A stretch of 64,000 nucleotides of DNA from Nitrospirota bacterium (lineage in GTDB: Bacteria > Nitrospirota > Thermodesulfovibrionia > Thermodesulfovibrionales > Dissulfurispiraceae), in the NCBI GenBank assembly GCA_963710375.1, contig CAVPZX010000005.1, positions 96,001-160,000 on the forward strand, given 5' to 3'. Within the stretch, counting starts at the first letter, position 1. Each line of letters starts with the position of its first letter. A program made the translations under genes and the position numbers. Of this stretch, positions 1-9,205 are shown piece by piece. The notes beneath the pieces are model-generated. The model saw nothing but the letters and a program-made list of their open reading frames with translations. It did not search any database and was not told the origin of the DNA.

Positions 1-570
1 ACTTTTTTGAAAAGACCTAATGCAGGGAATGTGTCTTTTTCCATGTGCGAAGAGAATAAGGGAAAAGGTAATGCGATAAGGACAGGTTTCCATATGATCG
101 ATGCCGATGCCTACTGCTTCACGGATGCCGACTTGGCTTACTCCCTCGACTATCTAAAGCTTATCGAAGAGAAATTGAAGACCTCGGATGTGATTATCGC
201 TTCCCGGAGCCTCTTAACCCGTCTGTCCAGGGAGTCTGTGACTACGAGGCTTTTTCTCAGCACCTTATTCAATCATCTGACAAGGCTCATTCTCGGCCTG
301 CCGTTCCGTGATACCCAGGCAGGTTTGAAGGGGTTTCGCAGGGACGCAGTGAAGCTGATCCTTCCCAAGAGCAAAATAAGCAGATTCAGCTTTGATGCGG
401 AACTCCTGTTCCTTGCGCGAAAGTACGGCCTCAGAGTTGACGAGTTTCATGTCTCCGAGCACAAAGAGCATTCTTACAAAAAAGGAAAAAAACTGTTTAT
501 CATGTCACTGTCCATGTTCCGCGAGCTTATCCTCATTATGTGGAGAAACCTGATTGGCAGATACAATTAA
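1..570 (+). CDS. GT2 glycosyltransferase (dolichyl-phosphate glucosyl/mannosyltransferase-like), 5'-truncated by window edge
   Basis: NKGKG, FTDADL (DxD), DTQAGLKGF and FSFDAEL motifs; reading frame open from window start. Confidence 0.85.
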   Translation, partial: TFLKRPNAGNVSFSMCEENKGKGNAIRTGFHMIDADAYCFTDADLAYSLDYLKLIEEKLKTSDVIIASRSLLTRLSRESVTTRLFLSTLFNHLTRLILGLPFRDTQAGLKGFRRDAVKLILPKSKISRFSFDAELLFLARKYGLRVDEFHVSEHKEHSYKKGKKLFIMSLSMFRELILIMWRNLIGRYN

Positions 571-1330
571 GCGGTCCCTTTTGAGCCTTGATGTGGAGGA
601 ATTCGATATTCCTCGTGAATATGGACTGAGCATCACCCCGGCTGAAGAGATCGCGGTTACAAGCCATGGGTTGACTGCTGCGCTTGACCTCCTTGAACGC
701 CTGGATATTGAAGTCACATGTTTCGTGACGGTCCGCTTTGCAAGGGAATGCCGGGACCTTACGGCAAGAATAGCATGCAGACATGAAATTGCCTCGCATG
801 GGGTCAATCATTCCAATCTGCACGAAGGCGACTTGCTGAGCTCCCGCATTGAGCTTGAGAGGTTGACAGGAAAAAAGGTAAAGGGTTTTCGCAGCCCAAG
901 ATTGGGAACTGTACTCGGCAGCGAGATACTGGCAGCAGGATATTCATACAACTCTTCCGAGAACCCAATATGGATTCCGGGCCGGTATATGAACCTTTTA
1001 AAGCCGCGGTTGCCTTACTTTTCCGATGGTCTGCTAAACCTGCCTATATCCACCAGCCCGGTAATCCGATATCCCCTGTTCTGGCTGAGCTTTAAACGCA
1101 CACCGCTGTGGCTTTTCAAAGCGATGTCAGCATGGGCATTGCATACTGACGGCTATTTGAACATTTATTTTCATCCATGGGAGTTCAGTGACCTGACGGT
1201 TTGGGATCTGCCGGCATGGCTTAAAAACCCTTGCGGCGAGAGGATGCTTAGGAAAATCGAGAAGTACCTGCTATGGCTCAAAGGCGAGGCGCGTTTTGTA
1301 ACCTGCGGCGAGTTCGCGGAATCCCGATAA
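554..1330 (+). CDS. Polysaccharide deacetylase (CE4/DUF3473-like)
   Basis: SLDVEEF, HEIASHG-x-x-H, GFRSP, YFHPWEF motifs; overlaps GT2 stop. Confidence 0.85.
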   Translation: MADTIKRSLLSLDVEEFDIPREYGLSITPAEEIAVTSHGLTAALDLLERLDIEVTCFVTVRFARECRDLTARIACRHEIASHGVNHSNLHEGDLLSSRIELERLTGKKVKGFRSPRLGTVLGSEILAAGYSYNSSENPIWIPGRYMNLLKPRLPYFSDGLLNLPISTSPVIRYPLFWLSFKRTPLWLFKAMSAWALHTDGYLNIYFHPWEFSDLTVWDLPAWLKNPCGERMLRKIEKYLLWLKGEARFVTCGEFAESR

Positions 1331-1455
1331 AAGATCTCGTTTAGTGAAAATGGTCATAAGACAAAAATAAAGGAGGCAGTTCCATTTAATTAGTTTCCAT
1401 AAATTTTCAACAAGATTAAACATTTGTGCCCTGTAAGGTATTCGAGATACGGCTG

Positions 1456-1986
1456 CTATGGTTTTGTGCGCCTTCTTTTCTCGATCAAATCAAAATTGCC
1501 TGCATACTTATTGCACAGGCCCTCAATAAAAGCCTGCAGCTCATCAGGCTGAAGCATTGTATCAGGCGCAACATCAGGCAGGGTACAAGCCTTGACGATT
1601 TTTTTCACAAGGTTGATTACGCCGTAAGTGATCACCTCTTCAGGAAATGATGCAGTGGCATTTTCTATCAGCAAACGCTCTGAATACCATGCTCCACTTG
1701 TACGGGCTATGCCTGCGCAATCTCCGCTGATGGGCTTTATCGTTACTTCCCGTGATAGTGCCATCTCTCTGACCCCGATGTTAACCAATTGAAGCCCCCT
1801 CATGGCAGGGTTAGAATCCAGACCGTGACGCCCTTTTGTAATAGGAAGAAAACGAAATAAATCAGCCCCTGAGCAGTAGATGTATGAACCATCCCCCCTG
1901 CTTTGGTCAGGTTTTATCACAAAAAATAAAAAGTCATTTATATACTCGTACGATTTTCTGGAATCTTCAGAATTTGATCTGTTCAT
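1456..1986 (-). CDS. Hypothetical protein
   Basis: 176-aa ORF filling an intergenic gap; no recognisable motif. Confidence 0.55.
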   Translation of the reverse strand: MNRSNSEDSRKSYEYINDFLFFVIKPDQSRGDGSYIYCSGADLFRFLPITKGRHGLDSNPAMRGLQLVNIGVREMALSREVTIKPISGDCAGIARTSGAWYSERLLIENATASFPEEVITYGVINLVKKIVKACTLPDVAPDTMLQPDELQAFIEGLCNKYAGNFDLIEKRRRTKP

Positions 1987-2089
1987 TTTTTTGTACCTTA
2001 AATAGCATATCCGATTGATATGCTCAACGGCAAGGTGATTTATAGGCTACCATGAAACATTAATTTAGTGTAGTATTTAGAAGATATAC

Positions 2090-2842
2090 ATGCGGCCACT
2101 TATTCTTGTTACTAACGATGACGGCGTACACGCCCCCGGCATCATTGCCCTGTTTAAGGCAATGAAAGAACTTGGCGAAGCCTATATTATTGCTCCTGAC
2201 AGAGAGCGGAGTGCGGTTGGCCATTCGCTTACCCTGCACCGGCCGTTGAAGGTGGAGGAACTGCGCGAAAATGTTTTCAGCGTGAACGGCACGCCGACGG
2301 ATTGTGTTGCGCTTGCTATCCATAAAATACTGCCAAGAAGGCCGCATCTTATCGCTTCAGGTATTAACAGCGGGGCGAATCTGGGTGACGACATTACCTA
2401 TTCGGGTACAGTTTCCGCTGCCATGGAGGGGACTATTTTAGGTGTCCCCTCGTTTGCCGTTTCAGTAATCGGAGGGAGGCCGTTTCATTATGACGGTGCT
2501 GTTTCTTATGCTGTTGAAGTCGGAAGGTTTATACTGGACAAGTCTTTGCCTTACGACACGCTGCTCAACGTGAATGTGCCCAATGTGCCGAAGAGGGACA
2601 TGATCAAAGGGATAAGGATCACCAAGCAGGGCAAGCGGGTTTATGACAATGCTATCCAGGAAGTCTTTTCGCCCTGGGGCGACAAGCATTACTGGATCGG
2701 AGGAGGAAACCCCTATTGGGAGCAGGGAGAGGACATGGACATGCAGGCAGTGCTTGACGGTTATGTGTCGGTGACGCCTGTTCATCTTGACCTGACTAAC
2801 TATGCTGCTTTGGACTATCTGAGAAAAAGCTGGCGGACCTGA
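2090..2842 (+). CDS. surE: 5'/3'-nucleotidase SurE
   Basis: ILVTNDDG, GTPTDCV, SGINSGANLG, YSGTVSAA. Confidence 0.97.
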   Translation: MRPLILVTNDDGVHAPGIIALFKAMKELGEAYIIAPDRERSAVGHSLTLHRPLKVEELRENVFSVNGTPTDCVALAIHKILPRRPHLIASGINSGANLGDDITYSGTVSAAMEGTILGVPSFAVSVIGGRPFHYDGAVSYAVEVGRFILDKSLPYDTLLNVNVPNVPKRDMIKGIRITKQGKRVYDNAIQEVFSPWGDKHYWIGGGNPYWEQGEDMDMQAVLDGYVSVTPVHLDLTNYAALDYLRKSWRT

Positions 2843-2858
2843 GTGCTTTGGAGTGGGT

Positions 2859-4250
2859 ATGGACTATAACGTTATAATCGTGGGTGCAGGGCCCGCAGGG
2901 ATTTTTTGTGCGCTCGAACTTGCGGCTAAAGCTCCGGCCCTTAAAATCCTGATAATCGAACAGGGTAAGGATATCGACCGCCGCCACTGTCCCATGGATG
3001 TCCGGGGGCAAGCATGCATATCATGCCCGGAATGCGAACTGGTAAGCGGTTGGGGCGGTGCAGGCGCTTACAGTGACGGAAAGCTTACCCTCTCTCCTGA
3101 GATAGGCGGATTTCTTGGCCGGTATATGGATGTGGATGCTCTTCAGCCACTTATAGATTATGTTGACGGTATCTATGTTGAATATGGCGCGCCAGCCGAA
3201 CTTTACGGCAACGACAGCAGGGCTGTGAGCAGCATAAAGGACCTGGCAGCCAAAAACGACCTTATCTTTATCCCCTCGAAAATACGGCATATCGGCACTG
3301 ACAGGTGCCGGGAAGTGTTGACGAAAATGAGAAAGGCAATTGATGGAAAAATTGACACTATTTTCGAGAAGGATGTGCAGACAATAGTTGTTGATAAAGA
3401 TAAAGCTGTTGGCGTAAGGCTTGGGGACGGTCTCGAAATTCGCGCTGATTACATAATTCTGGCCCCCGGCAGGGCCTCTTCAAAATGGCTTGAGACAGAA
3501 GCAAAAAGGCTCGGACTTACCTTGCTCAAGAACCCTGTTGATATTGGTGTCCGAGTTGAGGTGCCAGCGCCTGTACTTGAACCTCTTACATTGGCTACTT
3601 ATGAACCCAAAATGATTTTTTACTCAAAAAAATTCGATGATAAAGTAAGAACTTTTTGCGTGAATCCATATGGTGAAGTTGTGAAGGAGCATGTAAAGGG
3701 TATATGTACTGTAAACGGCCACAGCTATTCTGACAAAAAAACATGCAACACTAATTTTGCCATTCTTTCAAGCACGTTTTTCACTGAACCCTTTAATGAG
3801 CCGATATCCTACGGGATGTATATAGCACGGCTTGCCAATTTCCTTGGAGGTGGAGTCATTGTGCAGCGGCTGGGCGATCTTGTCAAAGGCAGGCGGTCCA
3901 CACCTGAAAGGATCGCCAGGGGGATTGTCGTGCCCACGCTGAGCGATGCAACGCCGGGCGATTTGAGCTTTGTGCTGCCTTACCGTTATTTGTCCAATCT
4001 CCTGGAGATGCTCGAAGTTATTGACAGGATAGCTCCTGGTGTCAACTCCAGGCACACCCTCCTATATGGTGTGGAAGTGAAGTTTTATTCCATGCAGGTC
4101 AAGCTGACAAACAACCTTGAAACCGAGATACAGGACCTATTTGCCATTGGTGACGGGGCAGGTGTCAGCAGGGGACTGATACAGGCGTCGGTCTCCGGAG
4201 TCATAGCGGCGCGGGAAGTGATAAAAAGGCAACAGAAGGCTAAAGGCTAA
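2859..4250 (+). CDS. FAD-dependent oxidoreductase (uncharacterised NAD(P)/FAD-dependent dehydrogenase family)
   Basis: GAGPAG dinucleotide fold, GWGGAGAYSDGK, GDGAG C-terminal motif, Cys cluster near N-terminus. Confidence 0.85.
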   Translation: MDYNVIIVGAGPAGIFCALELAAKAPALKILIIEQGKDIDRRHCPMDVRGQACISCPECELVSGWGGAGAYSDGKLTLSPEIGGFLGRYMDVDALQPLIDYVDGIYVEYGAPAELYGNDSRAVSSIKDLAAKNDLIFIPSKIRHIGTDRCREVLTKMRKAIDGKIDTIFEKDVQTIVVDKDKAVGVRLGDGLEIRADYIILAPGRASSKWLETEAKRLGLTLLKNPVDIGVRVEVPAPVLEPLTLATYEPKMIFYSKKFDDKVRTFCVNPYGEVVKEHVKGICTVNGHSYSDKKTCNTNFAILSSTFFTEPFNEPISYGMYIARLANFLGGGVIVQRLGDLVKGRRSTPERIARGIVVPTLSDATPGDLSFVLPYRYLSNLLEMLEVIDRIAPGVNSRHTLLYGVEVKFYSMQVKLTNNLETEIQDLFAIGDGAGVSRGLIQASVSGVIAAREVIKRQQKAKG

Positions 4251-4364
4251 TGGCAAAGGGCAAAAGGCAAAAGGCAAAAGGTTAAAGACCAAAATATAGG
4301 TAGATTTTTAATTCTTATTTTTTGCTTTTATAAACCTTTTGCCTTTAGCCTATAGCCTTTTGCC
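4237..4364. repeat. Fold-back element of AGGC(A/T)AA heptamers
   Basis: Left arm aggctaa-aggctaa-tggcaaa-gggcaaa-aggcaaa-aggcaaa-aggttaa; right arm reverse-complement units ccttttg/cctttag/cctatag; contains upstream gene stop. Confidence 0.8.
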
Positions 4365-4383
4365 GGTACTTTAGGGGGAAATC

Positions 4384-5025
4384 ATGGATTATGACATGCT
4401 CAGAGAGATGATGGTGGCGACACAGCTTGCTGCACGCGGCATCAAGGACAGTCGTGTCCTGGATGCGATGAATAAAGTCCCGCGCCATCTTTTCATGCCC
4501 GAAGGCTTAAGGGAAAGGGCTTATGAAGACGCGGCACTCCCCATAGGTGAAGGACAGACGATATCCCAGCCTTATATGGTTGCCGTGATGACGGAACTCC
4601 TTGAGCTCAGAGGAGACGAAAAAGTGCTGGAGATTGGCACCGGCTCCGGATATCAGGCGGCCGTACTGTCTGAGCTTGCACGTGAGGTTTTCACTATAGA
4701 AAGAGTTCCAGTCCTTGCCGATGAGTCGCGAGCGCGCCTTGCGGGTCTCGGCTATAATAATGTAACTGTACTCACAGGGGACGGTTCCAAAGGACTGGAG
4801 GAAAAGTCGCCGTTTGATAGAATTATCATTACAGCTGCCGCACCCGAACTGCCTGAAATAATAGTGAAACAGCTGAAGGAGGGCGGGGTCATTGTTGCTC
4901 CTGTAGGAGAACGGTTCTCGCAGGTTGTGATCAGGGGACGCAAAAAAAAAGGAGTCCTTGCAGAGGAGTTACACACACCCTGTGTTTTTGTTCCGCTTAT
5001 CGGTGAGTACGGATGGAACGGATGA
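4384..5025 (+). CDS. pcm: Protein-L-isoaspartate O-methyltransferase
   Basis: GQTISQPY, VLEIGTGSGY, FVPL motifs; surE-pcm synteny. Confidence 0.97.
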   Translation: MDYDMLREMMVATQLAARGIKDSRVLDAMNKVPRHLFMPEGLRERAYEDAALPIGEGQTISQPYMVAVMTELLELRGDEKVLEIGTGSGYQAAVLSELAREVFTIERVPVLADESRARLAGLGYNNVTVLTGDGSKGLEEKSPFDRIIITAAAPELPEIIVKQLKEGGVIVAPVGERFSQVVIRGRKKKGVLAEELHTPCVFVPLIGEYGWNG

Positions 5026-5111
5026 GCCCTCAGTGACAGTTGTTAACTTTTTTATGGCTAATGTTATAAAATAACTGCCAGGGCGGCGTGCCCTGGAGGA
5101 AAATTTGACCG

Positions 5112-5573
5112 ATGGTTGTTGAGCCTAAAGATTTAAATCATAGGGGCAGAAAAGTTAAAAATAAGCGCGAGTACTTTAGGCTGCACGAGCGCATAAAGAT
5201 CAGTGTGCGGCAAATAGAGAAGCCTGATAGGCATCAACACATAGATGATTCGATCGTTAAGCGGGCAGGGAAAGTTTTTGAATTCTATACAGAGGATATC
5301 AGTGCGGGTGGTATACAGTTCTTCTCCGAAGTTTTCTTTAAAGAGAACTCCTATTTGGAGATAACTTTATATCTTAAAGAGACCGACCCGCCTTTTGAAC
5401 CGGTTAAGGTAAATGCTGTTGTCCATCGGTCTGAACAAATTAAGAATTCCCGGTACCACAATACTTCTGTGATGTTTGCTGGGATAAGCCCAAAAGACAG
5501 GTCATGTATAGAACGTTATATATTTCTAAGACAAAGGGACATGATTGCGGAAAAAAGGATTGGTTACTTGTGA
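5112..5573 (+). CDS. PilZ-domain (c-di-GMP-binding) protein
   Basis: RxxxR (REYFR) and DxSxGG (DISAGG) motifs. Confidence 0.85.
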   Translation: MVVEPKDLNHRGRKVKNKREYFRLHERIKISVRQIEKPDRHQHIDDSIVKRAGKVFEFYTEDISAGGIQFFSEVFFKENSYLEITLYLKETDPPFEPVKVNAVVHRSEQIKNSRYHNTSVMFAGISPKDRSCIERYIFLRQRDMIAEKRIGYL

Positions 5574-5593
5574 GGCGTGAGGAGGACGATGTT

Positions 5594-5965
5594 ATGAAGT
5601 ATCGGCCGATTATGTTGTTTAATGCAGCATGTTTAGTGTTGTTCATGGTTTTCCTGAATGGATGCGCATCCCAAATAGATGCTGATTTATACAGCAATGA
5701 ATGGATAGCGAGACCGTTATCGGAGCTTAAGCAGGACATGCGTCGCCCTGATTCATATGCTTCAAAACAAGGGTGGAAAGAGACTACCTATTCACTTGCC
5801 AATGGCAATTATGTCTTTGTTGAACCGATTGCAGAGGATTGTTTCGTGGATTGGGAAATAAATTCAGGAGGGATAATTATCGGCTACCAGTCCAGAGGAA
5901 AAGGCTGTAAGCAAAAGGGGGTCTTTAAGGATCTTTCCGTAGATCAGGACCAGCCGGGGCGATGA
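5594..5965 (+). CDS. Hypothetical lipoprotein
   Basis: GGAGG RBS before ATG 5594; signal peptide ending in lipobox LNGC. Confidence 0.7.
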   Translation: MKYRPIMLFNAACLVLFMVFLNGCASQIDADLYSNEWIARPLSELKQDMRRPDSYASKQGWKETTYSLANGNYVFVEPIAEDCFVDWEINSGGIIIGYQSRGKGCKQKGVFKDLSVDQDQPGR

Positions 5966-5988
5966 ATGATTTTGATCAATCCCTGAAT

Positions 5989-6234
5989 CTAAAGTTTCTT
6001 TCGAAGATATTCAACGACCACGTAACCAATCAGCGCAGTGATGAGGGCAATTGCAAAATTAGTAACTGTAAAAATATCCTTAACGGCAAAAAAAAAGCTC
6101 TTTCCTTGTTCGTTGGTATGAGTAAATTCTCCCATCAAAAGATTTGAATAAAATAGAAAGATTATAAAACCGGTCTCAACTACCGCTCTCGAAACCGGGG
6201 CCAATTTTCGATGGTTTTTGGGTTGTGGGACCAT
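5989..6234 (-). CDS. Small two-TM membrane protein
   Basis: Two hydrophobic segments; YSNLLMGEF motif; start codon uncertain. Confidence 0.6.
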   Translation of the reverse strand: MVPQPKNHRKLAPVSRAVVETGFIIFLFYSNLLMGEFTHTNEQGKSFFFAVKDIFTVTNFAIALITALIGYVVVEYLRKKL

Positions 6235-6275
6235 GCAGTGATTATAACAGAAGTGATAAAGGTCTGCGCCTTCTA

Positions 6276-6797
6276 TTATGCGGTATCCGTCAAAGAGAAG
6301 GGAACGCGTATGGTTGCAACCCCTGCCTTACCTTCAAAAGCCCTTTCTATTAATCTTGCTGTACAGTTGAAAAGGAAGCGATGCCACCATTTCGAAGTTG
6401 CAATCACCGGCAACACAACTGTTACGACACCTGCCTTATTTCTAAGACGCAAGTTGTCCACATATTCCCTGAGCGGCTCGATGATAGAGGTATTGGGCGA
6501 TTCAAGGATGAAAAGTGGCACATCCATACCTTGCATGTTCCATTGGGACTCTATTTTATCCCTCTCCGAAGGATCAAGAAGTATGTGCACTGCAACAATG
6601 TTACCGGTAAGAAGTTTTGCATACTGAATCGCGTTAATAACCGCCTTGTCCACGCCGGGCACGGGAACAACTACGAAACGATTACCATTTTTCGTATTAA
6701 AATTCGCATTATCGCCGAACACGTGCCCTACAGCGGACAATTGATTCGCACCATGTACGCTGAAAAAGCTGTTCATATGCATGGATCTCTGTTTCAT
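6276..6797 (-). CDS. Stand-alone copy of the KimA/YdaO cytoplasmic C-terminal domain
   Basis: Colinear with C-terminus of 9206..11020 (VVVPVPGVDKAVINAIQYAK vs VIIPISGVQQAVISAVKYAK; SKWWHRFLFN vs SKWWHNLLHN); no TM domain. Confidence 0.75.
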   Translation of the reverse strand: MKQRSMHMNSFFSVHGANQLSAVGHVFGDNANFNTKNGNRFVVVPVPGVDKAVINAIQYAKLLTGNIVAVHILLDPSERDKIESQWNMQGMDVPLFILESPNTSIIEPLREYVDNLRLRNKAGVVTVVLPVIATSKWWHRFLFNCTARLIERAFEGKAGVATIRVPFSLTDTA

Positions 6798-6817
6798 GAT
6801 TCAATGTTCGATATAAG

Positions 6818-6833
6818 AGCATTTTCTGTGCCG
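6818..6833 (-). promoter_or_regulatory. Putative sigma54 promoter
   Basis: Minus strand CGGCACAGAAAATGCT (GG-N10-GC) just upstream of the 6797 ORF. Confidence 0.5.
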
Positions 6834-7055
6834 TGTAAGAGGTTAAAATGAAGTAATTGAATTATAAGACATCATGTATTGACATTAAAAATACAAAAGG
6901 GCCCTGATTAAAAAATGTATGAATTGCCCTTAAAAATGAAATCTGAAAGGTCTTGCAAGGTTTGATTTACATGCACAGCGGCATTTTTAGCAAAAAAGTG
7001 GCGCCGCCTATTTATGGGATCCCGTCACCCTGAACCATAAGGCTACGAAGATTTG

Positions 7056-8834
7056 TTAGGCGTTTTCCCCTTGCAGCGGCAGGATTACTCTGAAACAGGA
7101 TCCCGTCGGCTCAAGGGGTAAGTACTCAACCCTTCCCCCGTGGGCCTCTGTGACCTCTTTAACTATAGTTAAGCCCAGCCCCAGATAGCCCTGAGCATGT
7201 GCAGCTGCGCCGATTGCTTCGCCTGTCCCTTTAAAATAGGGGTCAAACATACGCCTGCGAATTTCTTCCGGTATCCTGGGGCCCTGGTTCGTGACCATGA
7301 TTTCAGTGTTGCCCGCGCTATATGCAAGCAATATTTTAATTGTCGAGCCTACGGGGGAAACCCGGAGGGAATTGGTAAGCAGGTTTGAGATCACCCATGG
7401 GAATTTGGCCGGATCAATTTGGGCCCAGATATCTCCCTCACCTTCTTTCTCATAATGTAAAGTGACCTCTCGCTCCGCCGCAAGCAGTTGTATCGGTTTG
7501 AGCCATTCAGGGAGAAGTTCGCTCAGATTGGTCAACTCCGGGTGAATATGAATTGCCGCACCAGGAAGATGATCAACCTGTATGAACTGATTGGCAACGG
7601 AACGGAGCCTGACTATATCACTGAGCAGGGTCTCAATAAGGAATCGTGTGCGTTCATCATAGGACTCCTTCCTCTGTTCGAGAAGCTCTATGGCTGTGCC
7701 CAGAGATTGCAGAGGAGTCTTAAGTTCATGGGACAGAACGCCTATGAATTCTGTCTTAAGACGCTCTCTTTGACGGACCTCGGTAACATCATGGAGAAGA
7801 AAGATGGTCGAGATAAGTTCCCCGGTCGGAGAGAAGACATCTCTTATCCGGGCCTCAAAGCTCCTATGACCATCTCTTTCGGTCTGAAGTTCGAATACCA
7901 GAGCACCCTCTTTTACCTCTCTAAATACTTCACGAAGCTTAAAATAATTACCTGAAACAGAAGGGAGATCAGACCAGAGCATCCCAACTATACTATCCGT
8001 GCCAAGACCAATAAGCTGCGCTATTTTCAGGTTTACATGAGTGACCCGACCCTTGGTGTCAAGTGCTATTACTGCGTCCTCAACCGAAGACAGGAGGGTT
8101 TCCAACTGGTTTCTCTGACTGAGAATTCTGTCCAGATTAAGCTGGTCCGCTCGGCTTACCCTCTCCCATAGCAACGAGAATTCCTCATTGAGGATCCGGA
8201 TTTCAAGGCTGGAAGGTTCGGGCAGCTTGAGTGTCTCTCCGGGTTTTATCCTTGACCTCAGCACTTCAGCGATATTTTTGAGCGGTTTCGCAAGGCGGAC
8301 GGACAGGGAATCGACCATCAAGAGGGTAATAATAAATGTCACAAAATACAATAGCGCGGTCCCGATAACAATTGCACGGCGCACATGTCCCTCTTTTACG
8401 ACAAGCGCGAACATCCCCTTTTCATTCAGTGTAGTCAGATGTTCGAGCTGACTGTTCATTTCGATAACCCTGTCATCGGACTGACCCCCCTGTTTCCATT
8501 GTTTCCAGAGTTGTTCGATGCTGCCGGCAATCACGTCTTCACCGGGTTCGGTAATATTGGACTGCTCAAAACGCAATGCCTCATCAAACTGTCTTATCCA
8601 TACTTCATCAGGTAAATCCTGGTATGCCCCGCTGAAATGAAGCGCATTCCATGCCTGCTGCATTTTCCTTGCAGCCACAATAGAGTCATAGTTTGAATGA
8701 ATCATTTTAGGGGTGGTACCCGCCATAATAAAAACAGAGGAGAGGATGAAAAAAAGACCCATGACGCCAAACATGGCGACTATGGCAAGATAACCATGGA
8801 GAATCCTTTTTCGCAACGGAGGGAGCACTGTCAC
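7056..8834 (-). CDS. Membrane sensor histidine kinase (periplasmic helical sensor, HAMP-like, PAS, HisKA, HATPase)
   Basis: SHELKTPL H-box, NLLTNS N-box, GLGLTIVK G2 box; two TM segments. Confidence 0.92.
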   Translation of the reverse strand: MTVLPPLRKRILHGYLAIVAMFGVMGLFFILSSVFIMAGTTPKMIHSNYDSIVAARKMQQAWNALHFSGAYQDLPDEVWIRQFDEALRFEQSNITEPGEDVIAGSIEQLWKQWKQGGQSDDRVIEMNSQLEHLTTLNEKGMFALVVKEGHVRRAIVIGTALLYFVTFIITLLMVDSLSVRLAKPLKNIAEVLRSRIKPGETLKLPEPSSLEIRILNEEFSLLWERVSRADQLNLDRILSQRNQLETLLSSVEDAVIALDTKGRVTHVNLKIAQLIGLGTDSIVGMLWSDLPSVSGNYFKLREVFREVKEGALVFELQTERDGHRSFEARIRDVFSPTGELISTIFLLHDVTEVRQRERLKTEFIGVLSHELKTPLQSLGTAIELLEQRKESYDERTRFLIETLLSDIVRLRSVANQFIQVDHLPGAAIHIHPELTNLSELLPEWLKPIQLLAAEREVTLHYEKEGEGDIWAQIDPAKFPWVISNLLTNSLRVSPVGSTIKILLAYSAGNTEIMVTNQGPRIPEEIRRRMFDPYFKGTGEAIGAAAHAQGYLGLGLTIVKEVTEAHGGRVEYLPLEPTGSCFRVILPLQGENA

Positions 8835-8945
8835 TATTCGTCCTCTCGGCAGGGCGCAGCGGCTACAATGTGAACATGGATTTTGCTTACTCCGGCAACG
8901 TTATTTATACCTTCCGATTTCACTCAATATATTAACATATTAATA

Positions 8946-8975
8946 TTGACAATCTTATCCATCATTAATTAGACT
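8946..8975 (+). promoter_or_regulatory. sigma70-type promoter for the riboswitch-kimA transcript
   Basis: TTGACA-18nt-TAGACT directly before the aptamer. Confidence 0.6.
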
Positions 8976-8985
8976 ATCCGTCAAA

Positions 8986-9123
8986 TAGCAGCCGAAATCC
9001 ACTCTCAACTGTTGGGTTGACAGTGGGTGCGGGGGAACCACCGTATGGGGCGTATTTCTTGTCAGGAATAGGGCACTTCCAAGCCCGAGCCCGTCAGCTA
9101 ACCTCGTAGGCACATGGAAGGGC
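8986..9123 (+). ncRNA. c-di-AMP riboswitch (ydaO/yuaA class)
   Basis: Signature segments GCCGAA..GGGGAACCA..TGGGGCG..TAGGG..CCCGAGCCCGTCAGCTAACCTCGTAGGC; precedes a ydaO/kimA homologue and is followed by a terminator. Confidence 0.93.
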
Positions 9124-9139
9124 AATAGGCAGATTACAA

Positions 9140-9174
9140 GACCGCTCCCGCCCAGGCGGGCGGCGGTTTTTTTG
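9140..9174 (+). terminator. Intrinsic terminator (riboswitch expression platform)
   Basis: accgc-t-cccgcc/ggcggg-cg-gcggt GC hairpin followed by T7. Confidence 0.85.
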
Positions 9175-9205
9175 TGTTCTCCTGTGAGCGCCCTGGGAGG
9201 AATCT

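Noticed and set aside
4237..4364. Short-repeat tracts as CRISPR arrays
   Set aside because: Units are 6-7 nt with no unique spacers, and there are no cas genes.
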